Below, one piece after another: positions 23,806 through 33,956 of a stretch of DNA of 64,000 nt. Source of the DNA: Macrostomum lignano (taxonomy: Eukaryota); the NCBI GenBank assembly GCA_002269645.1, contig NIVC01001472.1:62001-126000 (forward strand). Reading direction: 5' to 3'. How positions within the stretch are numbered: the stretch's first letter is position 1; every line of letters starts with the position of its first letter. The notes under the pieces were generated by a model that ran no database searches, was not told the origin of the DNA, and saw only the letters and a program-made list of their open reading frames with translations. The position numbers and the translations under genes are program-made.

Positions 23806-24616
23806 GTGTCCCTCTGTCTGACTGCCGCTGCGACAGACCCTTGACCATGGTCTTAGCGAAAACAGGGATCGGTCCTGTGCTCTCTCACTCGCTGACTGCA
23901 GCCCGTCATTGAAAGTAGCGAAACTCAGCAGTCTGGGGGCTGCCTGGGACTGGCAGCCAGGAGGCCGAGAGCAGAATGGGGCAAACACGATCGTAAAAAA
24001 TGGATTTAGGATCAATATAATGCGTTATCTATAGGCGTTTTTTAGCTCGTGCTTGCAGCCAGAGGCGGCACAAGTCCGGCAACTGGGGCACTGCAGGGGC
24101 TGTGGGAGTCGCTGATCCTGCAGCATTCAAATGCATACATGGTGCATGCAATGCATCAACAGGTAGGTGTTAAGCCTTCACACGTCAAATTCTTACCTGT
24201 AACCTGTTCACTTTACCTGAATAAATATATAATGTCGCTAGTAATAATGCAAGCCCATGCTGCCACAATTCATCAATGCTGACAGGCTGCACTGCAAAGA
24301 GACTTGAAAGATTTCTTCTGCATTTCTGAGCGAGTGGCCTCATAAATTACCAACATATTAATTTTCACTTTTACAAATCGCTTTCTGCTTTGCAAAATAT
24401 ATAACTGGCAGATTGAGTTACCTCTTTGTCCGGCCTTCGGGTCCTTTGAAACTTCACCATAGCAATCAATCATTAAACTCAAGGTTTAATGTGTCTCTAT
24501 ACTCAGCTCTCTTCTCTCATCTCCTCTCCACTTTTCTCTCTTCTATTCCCGCAACCATGAGCTGGATTCTTTAGCTTGGAGTTACTAAACCGTGTGTTTG
24601 TAGAAGATTTGCGTCA

Positions 24617-24770
24617 GGATCTATCTAGTGTCAGGTAGGATCCGGGGTGTCAGGTAGGATCCGGGGTGTCAGGTAGGATCCGGGATGTCAGGTAGGATCC
24701 CGGGTGTCAGGTAGGATCCGGGGTGTTAGATAGGATCCCTGGTGTCAGGTAGGATCCGGGGTGTCAGGTG
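24617..24770. repeat. 19-bp minisatellite GGGGTGTCAGGTAGGATCC, related to the 23-bp array
   Basis: Begins ggatctatctagtgtcaggtaggatcc and shares GTGTCAG-TAGGATC with the 20146-21615 unit. Confidence 0.85.
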
Positions 24771-26570
24771 AGCACTAGAGAGTGAGCAGTAGAGAGTGAG
24801 AGTGGGCAGTAGAGAGTGAGAAGTAGAGAGTGATCAGTATAGAGTGAGCAGTAGAGAGTGAGAGTGGGCAGTAGAGAGTGAGAGTGGGCAGTAGAGAGTG
24901 AGAAGTAGAGAGTGAGCAGTATAGAGTGAGCAGTAGAGAGTGGGCAGTAGAGAGTGAGCAGTAGAGAGTGAGAGTGAGCAGTAGAGAGTGAGCAGTAGAG
25001 AGTGAGAGTGAGCAGTAGAGAGTGAGAGTGAGCAGTAGAGAGTGAGAGTGAGCAGTAGAGAGTGAGCAGTAGAGAGTGAGCAGTAGAGAGTGGGCAGTAG
25101 AGAGTGAGCAGTAGAGAGTGAGAGTGGGCAGTAGAGAGTGAGAGTGGGCAGTAGAGAGTGAGAAGTAGAGAGTGAGCAGTATAGAGTGAGCAGTAGAGAG
25201 TGGGCAGTAGAGAGTAAGCAGTAGAGAGTGAGAGTGAGCAGTAGAGAGTGAGCAGTAGAGAGTGAGAGTGAGCAGTAGAGAGTGAGAGTGAGCAGTAGAG
25301 AGTGAGCAGTAGAGAGTGAGCAGTAGAGAGTGGGCAGTAGAGAGTGAGCAGTAGAGAGTGAGAGTGGGCAGTAGAGAGTGAGAGTGGGCAGTAGAGAGTG
25401 AGAAGTAGAGAGTGAGCAGTATAGAGTGAGCAGTAGAGAGTGGGCAGTAGAGAGTGAGCAGTAGAGAGTGAGAGTGAGCAGTAGAGAGTGAGCAGTAGAG
25501 AGTGAGCAGTAGAGAGTGAGCAGTAGAGAGTGAGAGTGAGCAGTAGAGAGTGAGAGTGAGCAGTAGAGAGTGAGCAGTAGAGAGTGAGCAGTAGAGAGTG
25601 AGCAGTAGAGAGTGAGAGTGGGCAGTAGAGTGAGCAGTAGAGAGTGAGAGTGGGCAGTAGAGTGAGCAGTAGAGAGTGAGAGTGGGCAGTAGAGTGAGCA
25701 GTAGAGAGTGAGAGTGGGCAGTAGAGTGAGCAGTGGAGAGTGAGAGTGGGCAGTAGAGTGAGCAGTAGAGAGTGAGAGTGGGCAGTAGAGAGTGAGAGTG
25801 AGCAGTAGAGAGTGAGAGTGAGCAGTAGAGAGTGAGAGTGAGCAGTAGAGAGTGAGAGTGAGCAGTAGAGAGTGAGAGTGGGCAGTAGAGAGTGAGAGTG
25901 AGCAGTAGAGAGTGAGAGTGGGCAGTAGAGTGAGCAGTAGAGAGTGAGAGTGGGCAGTAGAGTGAGCAGTAGAGAGTGAGAGTGGGCAGTAGAGTGAGCA
26001 GTAGAGAGTGAGAGTGGGCAGTAGAGTGAGCAGTAGAGAGTGAGAGTGGGCAGTAGAGTGAGCAGTAGAGAGTGAGAGTGGGCAGTAGAGTGAGCAGTGG
26101 AGAGTGAGAGTGGGCAGTAGAGTGAGCAGTAGAGAGTGAGAGTGGGCAGTAGAGAGTGAGAGTGAGCAGTAGAGAGTGAGAGTGAGCAGTAGAGAGTGAG
26201 AGTGAGCAGTAGAGAGTGAGAGTGGGCAGTAGAGAGTGAGAGTGAGCAGTAGAGAGTGAGAGTGAGCAGTAGAGAGTGAGAGTGAGCAGTAGAGAGTGAG
26301 AGTGGGCAGTAGAGAGTGAGAGTGAGCAGTAGAGAGTGAGAGTGAGCAGTAGAGAGTGAGAGTGGGCAGTAGAGAGTGAGAGTGAGCAGTAGAGAGTGAG
26401 AGTGGGCAGTAGAGTGAGCAGTAGAGAGTGAGAGTGAGCAGTAGAGAGTGAGAGTGGGCAGTAGAGAGTGAGAGTGAGCAGTAGAGAGTGAGAGTGGGCA
26501 GTAGAGTGAGCAGTAGAGAGTGAGAGTGAGCAGTGAGAGTGAGAGTGGGCAGTAGAGTGAGCAGTAGAGC
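24770..26570. repeat. 14/20-bp satellite GAGCAGTAGAGAGT(GAGAGT)
   Basis: Direct reading. Accounts for the 625-aa and 594-aa spurious ORFs. Confidence 0.95.
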
Positions 26571-27266
26571 AGCATGAAAAAATCGCAATAGGCCAAAAGG
26601 CGAAACCGAATCAAGCAATGAACCAAATTAAGTAGTGACAAAATCGCGCGCCAAGCCAGTCCCGCGGTGTAGCGGATGGATTGAGAGACGAAGGCAGAGG
26701 AGACGGAGCCCCCGGATTGGCTGGCCGCCCACCCCAGCCTCCGCCCGAGGGGGGGGGCGGGTGAGCGGCAGACGCGGCCGCTGCGCAGTTAAGAAATAAT
26801 CCTGGCTCGCCGGCCGCCCCCCGCAAGTAGAATCGAGAACATCAGCCTCCGTCCGCAACACGCTTTGGGAAGATTTTTGGTGAGCGAGGCAACCGTTAAG
26901 AGGAAGCAGCACAATCCCCGCTAGTGTAGCGAACTCCAACACCCCCCGAGGAACTTTGGCCCTCCTCCTCCAGGCTTTGGTCTTTTTTTCTGCTCCGAAA
27001 GCAGCCGGCCCGACCTCTCTTCCCTCTCTTGCGCCGCAGCCCTGAGTCTGTATTGAAATATAGGAGCCAAGAAGGCTACATTGTCGCCCCACTCGCTACC
27101 GGGTTGCTAATATAAAAAGCATTAGCAAAAATATTGCCGCAGCCCTTGCATGGAGGAAACCGGTTTCAAATCGTTGGGAGCCGCCGATTCCAGAAGCTTC
27201 ATTGCCACCAACCATCTCGTTGGGTAAGTCTTCCAGCGTTGTCTCCGCCTGATGCTGGCTAGTCTA

Positions 27267-28090
27267 TACCATGGGAAACTCTTGAGCGATCCGCCCCTAC
27301 CATGGGAAACTCTTGAGCTATCCGCCCCTACCATGGGAAACTCTTGAGCTATCCGCCCCTACCATGGGAAACTCTTGAGCGATCCGCCCCTACCATGGGA
27401 AACCCTTGAGCTATCCGCCCCTACCATGGGAAACATCTTGAGCGATCCGCCCCTACCATGGGAAACTCTTGAGCTATCCGCCCCTACCATGGGAAACCCT
27501 TGAGGTATCCGCCCTTTCATCCGCCCCTACCCATAGGAAACCCTTGAGGTATCCGCCCTTTTATCCGCCCCTACCCATAGGAAACCCTTGATTTATCCGC
27601 CCTTTCATCCGCCCCTACCCATAGGAAACCCTTGATTTATCCGCCCTTTCATCCGCCCCTACCCATAGGAAACCCTTGAGGTATCCGCCCTTTCATCCGC
27701 CCTTACCCATAGGAAACCCTTGATTTATCCGCCCTTTCATCCGCCCTTACCCATAGGAAACCCTTGAGGTATCCGCCCTTTCATCCGCCCCTACCCATAG
27801 GAAACCCTTGAGGTATCCGCCCTTTCATCCGCCCCTACCCATAGGAAACCCTTGATTTATCCGCCCTTTCATCCGCCCCTACCCATAGGAAACCCTTGAT
27901 TTATCCGCCCTTTCATCCGCCCCTACCCATAGGAAACCCTTGAGGTATCCGCCCTTTCATCCGCCCCTACCCATAGGAAACCCTTGATTTATCCGCCCTT
28001 TCATCCGCCCCTACCCATAGGAAACCCTTGAGGTATCCGCCCTTTCATCCGCCCCTACCCATAGGAAACCCTTGAGCTATCCGCCCTTTC
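27267..28090. repeat. Compound minisatellite: 31-bp unit (ACCATGGGAAACTCTTGAGC(T/G)ATCCGCCCCT) changing to a 44-bp unit
   Basis: The 44-bp unit ATCCGCCCTTTCATCCGCCCCTACCCATAGGAAACCCTTGAGGT takes over from ~27505. Confidence 0.92.
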
Positions 28091-28854
28091 CGCCCTGCCC
28101 GTAGAAACTGTCCAAACAGCACCGCCATTACAAAGTCAAGCCACTGTACTTTAACAATGCATCTCACTCCTGATTCGTTGTATATAATCGGGGAAATGCT
28201 GCACACAGGCAGTGCTATAATTATGGTGGGAGGGTAAATCAGGAATCATAACAAGCCATACTGCAAGGTATAGGCACAAAACCTGAACTCTATATGGCTG
28301 CAAAGTATTGAATGTCGCCAGAAACTAAAAGAAATTGCTCAGCAAAGTGGTCAAAGCGTCTTACCTGCGTCGCCAATTTAGCATGTTATTTCCCCAGCAA
28401 TGTGGCTGGCCAGGTTGGAAGATGAATATCGAATGTCGCCCCGCATGCCTGCGGGTCATTAATGTGAGGAAAAACGGGAATTGTTGCACCTGTATTTGTT
28501 TCTTTGCTTTTCTGACAAGCCCCCAGCCAAACCTCGGTTTCCTGTCGCGCATGATTTATGATTCATAATGCAGTTTTTTATCTTTTTGTCACGGTTTTCA
28601 TACATAAACTTTAAGGACATTGTCACAAAACCGGCGAGAGGCATTACTGCCCATTCCGCCGACTCCCCTGAGCAGGCACACAAGCGCGCGGATACGTACG
28701 CAGGCACACGCACACACAGGGGTGTACAGCGGCCCTAACTTTATTTATCATGTACACTTCACTGTGTCTTGGGGCTGGGCCTCAAGGCCGTTAATTGCAC
28801 GAGCAGAGCCAAGCCGAGATTCCAATTTATCCGCAAATTAATGGTGACTGCACT

Positions 28855-28916
28855 GGGAATCGAGCCTGAGTCGCTGGTAAATCAGAGCGCCGCGCTAGAC
28901 CACTGGGCTACGGCCC
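28855..28916 (-). mobile_element. tRNA-derived SINE head fragment
   Basis: Reverse complement gccgtagcccagtggtctagcgcggcgctctgatttaccagcgactcaggctcgattccc has A and B box motifs. Confidence 0.5.
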
Positions 28917-30004
28917 CCCTTTGAACTTTTTCTATTGTACCTCAAGGGCCAGATAAGAACCTGGCTAATGCCAGACGAGAATAGAGATGAAATAGAGGAG
29001 AGAGAAAAGAGCAGAGGAAATAAGAGACAGGAGATTAGAAGAGAGAGAGAGGAGGTAAGAGAGCTGAGAAGAGACACGCTTTCTATTGCGATTGCTATTG
29101 TGAAGTTTCAAAGGACCCGAGGGCCGGATGGGGAGGCTTTGCAGGCTGTAATTGCCCGACCCCTGCTCTAGGAGTCTGGAGTAAAATGTATTGCTGTGAT
29201 TCGGGAAAATTTATCTATTCAACATAAAAATGAGTGACCAGTCTCAAAGTTATTAAATAGCCTGCATGTTAGCGGGTGACAATGGATGGCCATAGAAGTC
29301 ACTGCACCCGAAAAGCTTACTGTAAATTTAGACTCACAAGGGCAATAAATCATTAATTTTTTGACGACATGCTTTTTCACTGCAGGATACACACACTATA
29401 GGGTTCTATGATGGTAGACAGAACACTATTGCATAAATAACTACATAGATGTTAATCTGATTATAGAGTTCACTTTTATGCTCTGACACTGAGACACCTG
29501 TCTAAGGGAAAATATCCTCTCAACAGCTGGGCTTGGTGGCGCACTGGCTGACTGTTCCCCTTTCCCCGCAGAATGATCCCCCAGAAAACGGCCAGGCGTG
29601 CCCTCGGGGTCAAAGCGGATTGCTGAGATCACAGAGAGATTTATGAAAGACCAACATCAACATCAAAGCCCAAACAATCGAATTTGCTGTTGCAAAAAAC
29701 AGAGTTAATCCTTACGGTCAGACAAATTGGAGCTCGCAGTTTTAAACTGCTGACTGACACGTGCGAGCTCCACAGGTTTTAAACAATTAAGTTTCCCTTT
29801 TACAGGAAATATGAACGAAGAGAGTTGTGCTGGTAGCGTGCCTGGGATGGCTTATCCTGATGGCATTGCGTTTCATTCCAAGCAGTTTCAAGCTCATTAA
29901 ATCAGGATTGTTCATATAAGTTAATGGGATTAGTGAAATCTCAAAGCAGAAGCTCTTTTTAAAAAAAAGTAAAATTATGATTAATTGAATGTGTATTTGT
30001 TGAT

Positions 30005-30310
30005 AAACAGTGCTATTGATGAGAATCAGTGCTATTGATGAGAATCAGTGCTATTGATGAGAATCAGTGCTATTGATGAGAATCAGTGCTATTGATGAGA
30101 ATCAGTGCTATTGATGAGAATCAGTGCTATTGATGAGAATCAGTGCTATTGATGAGAATTAGTGCTATTGATGAGAATCAGTGCTATTGATGAGAATTAG
30201 TGCTATTGATGAGAATCAGTGCTATTGAGGAGAATCAGTGCTATTGAGGAGAATCAGTGCTATTGAGGAGAATCAGTGCTATTGATGAGAATCACTCCTG
30301 TTGATGAGAA
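30005..30310. repeat. 19-bp minisatellite CAGTGCTATTGATGAGAAT
   Basis: Direct reading; runs up to the first DM exon. Confidence 0.95.
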
Positions 30311-30382
30311 TCACCCCAATATACGAGCTTGATAGTTGGTTATTCATTGATTATTGCAACCACCATCAACCAATCAGCACAG

Positions 30383-33300
30383 CATCCTCGTTTTCCTCAT
30401 CCAGCAAGAAGTCCGGCAGCAGTGCCGCATCCAGTGTCGCGGGAGCCGCCAACCGGAAGCAGTACTTCTGCCGCAAATGCAAGAGCCACGGCATCTGCAT
30501 CAGCGTCAAAGGCCACAAGCGTCAATGCCAGTACAAGGACTGCAACTGCCCCAAGTGCATGCTGGTTGATCACGGCAGGCAAATTGTCGCCAAGCAGATT
30601 AGCAATTACAGGAAACAGCGCTCAGAAGACATTTTAGAGCAAGCCAAAGGCAAAGTGGTTTTAATTGGTGAGTGAGTATTCGTTGTAAATGGGTGAATGA
30701 AAGACCGTCATTCACTATGGATTGGGTGAATAACTGCCCATCACAGAATGTGAATTGGATGATTGGCTGACTAAGCCAGGAATGTGAATTGGGTGAATGG
30801 CTAACCAGCAAAGAATGTGAATTGGGTGAATGGCTAACCAGCAAAGAATGTGAATTGGGTGAATGGCTGACCAGCAAAGGATGTGAATTGGGTGAATGGC
30901 TAACCAGCAAAGAATGTGAATTGAGTGAATGGCTAACCAGCAAAGAATGTGAATTGGGTGAATGGCTAACCAGCAAAGGATGTGAATTGGGTGAATGGCT
31001 ACCCAGCAAAGAATGTGAATTGAGTGAATGGCTAACCAGCAAAGAATGTGAATTGGGTGATGGCTAACCAGCAAAGAATGTGAATTGGGTGAATGGCTAC
31101 CCAGCAAAGAATGTGAATTGAGTGAATGGCTAACCAGCAAAGAATGTGAATTGGGTGAATGGCTGACCAGCAAAGAATGTGAATTGGGTGAATGGCTGAC
31201 CGAACCCGAACTGCAGGCGACTTCCCGCACTGCCGCCGCTGCCGCAACCACAACAAGATGCAGCTGTGGAAGGGCCACAAGAAGACCTGCCCGTTCGCCA
31301 ACTGCATCTGCGAGAAGTGTGAGCTCATTGCCCTGCGCAAATCCAACGACAAAACTCTGCGCGAGCAAACCCTGGCCTTGCAGCAGCAGCATCAGATCTT
31401 GCTCAAAGACGAAAGCAAACTATTTGAGCCCCGCCAGATGTTCTACCATTGCCAGCAGCAGCATCAGCAGCAGCAGCAGCAGTTGCTTCAGCATGAGCAG
31501 CACCACCAGGAGTTTCTGCAACACCTGCCCCACGATGGCGAGGTGAACGAAGGGGCAGCGGTGAAAACGGAATCCAACGAATCGTTTGAAGGCTCCAGCA
31601 CCGATGCCGGTGAGAGCTGATGAAACTTGATTTCGGCAAATGTTGAACATTCTACTGTTTGCTTGTCAGTAGCATAGTAAGGATCACTCTAGTCCAGAGA
31701 TGTGCTCTGCACGAGGCTGTTTCACAGGTTAATGGCATTTAAGCGCTGGTGCTAAAGCCCCTGGTACTAAAGCCACTGGTGCTAAAGCCCCTGGTGCTAA
31801 AGCCCCTGGTGCTAAAGCCACTGGTGCTAAAGCCCCTGGTGCTAAAGCCACTGGTGCTAAAGCCCCTGGTGCTAAAGCCACTGGTGCTAAAGCCCCTGGT
31901 GCTAAAGCCACTGGTGCTAAAGCCCCTGGTGCTAAAGCCCCTGGTACTAAAGCCACTGGTGCTACAGCCCATGGTGTAAGCCCCTGGTGCTAAAGCCCCT
32001 GGTACTAAAGCCACTGGTGCTAAAGCCACTGGTGCTAAAGCCCCTGGTGCTAAAGCCCCTGGTACTAAAGCCACTGGTGCTAAAGCCCCTGGTGCTAAAG
32101 CCCCTGGTACTAAAGCCACTGGTGCTAAAGCCCCTGGTGCTAAAGCCACTGGTGCTAAAGCCCCTGGTGCTAAAGCCACTGGTGCTAAAGCCCCTTGTGC
32201 TAAAGCCCCTGGTGCTAAAGCCCCTGGTGCTAAAGCCCCTGGTGCTAAAGCCCCTGGTGCTAAAGCCCCTGGTGCTAAAGCCCCTGGTGCTAAAGCCACT
32301 GGTGCTAAAGCCCCTGGTGCTAAAGCCACTGGTGCTAAAGCCCCTGGTGCTAAAGCCCCTTGGTGCTAAAGCCCCTGGTGCTAAAGCCCCTGGTGCTAAA
32401 GCCCCTGGTGCTAAAGCCCCTGGTGCTAAAGCCCCTGGTGCTAAAGCCCCTGGTGCTAAAGCCACTGGTGCTAAAGCCCCTGGTGCTAAAGCCACTGGTG
32501 CTAAAGCCCCTGGTGCTAAAGCCCCTTGGTGCTAAAGCCCCTGGTGCTAAAGCCCCTGGTGCTAAAGCCCCTGGTGCTAAAGCCCCTGGTGCTAAAGCCA
32601 CTGGTGCTAAAGCCCCTTGGTGCTAAAGCCCCTGGTGCTAAAGCCCCTTGGTGCTAAAGCCCCTGGTGCTAAAGCCCCTGGTACTAAAGCCACTGGTGCT
32701 AAAGCCCCTGGTGCTAAAGCCCCTGGTGCTAAAGCCCCTGGTGCTAAAGCCCCTGGTGCTAAAGCCCCTGGTGCTAAAGCCCCTTGGTGCTAAAGCCCCT
32801 GGTGCTAAAGCCCCTGGTGCTAAAGCCCCTGGTGCTAAAGCCCCTGGTGCTAAAGCCACTGGTGCTAAAGCCCCTTGGTGCTAAAGCCCCTGGTGCTAAA
32901 GCCCCTTGGTGCTAAAGCCCCTGGTGCTAAAGCCCCTGGTACTAAAGCCACTGGTGCTAAAGCCCCTGGTGCTAAAGCCCCTGGTGCTAAAGCCCCTGGT
33001 GCTAAAGCCCCTGGTGCTAAAGCCCCTGGTGCTAAAGCCCCCGGTGCCCTCAGATGCAATCGCAGCTGGCCACCAGGGATACTATACAGCACAGGCCAAC
33101 CCACCACACCTGCCTTCTATCAAACTGCACAGGCAACGCCAGTCTGTCATCCGAGTACCAGATGACAGCGATGCAGGCAGCCGTGGCCGCGGTGTACCAG
33201 CCGCAGGAGCAGCCGGCTATCCACATGAATGCCGCTCCGTACCTCGATCAGTTCGGGGAGGATGCAGCTCTGGCCGCGCCCTCATCAGGGCTGTCTCCGG

Positions 33301-33956
33301 CCACAGGGATGGCCAACCCGTCCTGGGCGGAGCTGGCCTACAGCTGCCCGGCTAATGCGCGTGAGTGTCACCGAACAGGTGCTGATTGACAGGCTGCAGC
33401 TGTAGAGTTAAGGGGGTCCACTGCACTTGCTGTTGTATATAGCAGTCCATCGTTGAAGAGATACAAGGGTCTCTATAGGGTATTTACGTGCTACAAAGTT
33501 TTCTAAAATGTGCCTGGGTGTCTCTGCAGGGGTATTTACAGGGATCTCTAGCGGGCATTTACAAGGGTCCCTACAGGGTATTTACAAAGGTCTCATGAGT
33601 TTCTGGGTCTCTAACAATACCCTATAGATCCTGACTCCTGCAGTCTCCTGCAGTGTGCTGTTTATTGTGCGAATGGTCTTCAATAATATTTATTAGCTGT
33701 AGAAAATTATGCACGTAAATTTCAATTTTCAGCGGAGGCCTATCAGCAGTACTATGAGCAGATGCGAGCTCGCTACTCAAGCTGCCATGCAACTGACGGA
33801 TACCAGCAGTTCCCAGATGTTCAGCAGCAGCAGCAGCAGCAGCAGCAGTACCAGCATGAGCACCAGCACCTGCAGTATCACCAGGAGCACCTGTTTACCG
33901 GCACTGTGCTTCCCTATTACTCGGCTGGTTGGCAGCAGCAGGTTGCTTATCCCTGA
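30383..33956 (+). CDS. DMRT: Doublesex/mab-3-related transcription factor with two tandem DM domains (mab-3/dmd-1-like); 5' end unresolved
   Basis: Exons ~30383-30667, 31217-31609, 33133-33360 and 33733-33956, joined by GT-AG phase-1 introns that keep frame. DM1 is YFCRKCKSHGICISVKGHKRQCQYKDCNCPKCMLV and DM2 is PHCRRCRNHNKMQLWKGHKKTCPFANCICEKCELI; both keep all CCHC/HCCC zinc ligands. Q/P/Y-rich C-terminus. Confidence 0.9.
30735..31200. repeat. 33-bp minisatellite in the intron between the two DM exons
   Basis: Unit GAATGTGAATTGGGTGAATGGCTAACCAGCAAA. Confidence 0.95.
31740..33045. repeat. 15-bp minisatellite GCCCCTGGTGCTAAA in a DMRT intron
   Basis: Direct reading. Accounts for the LKPLV/ALAPG ORFs. 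Confidence 0.95.

Noticed and set aside
22105-26641. 327-625 aa minus-strand ORFs
   Set aside because: Lie within the 29-bp and 14/20-bp satellites; periodic low-complexity products.
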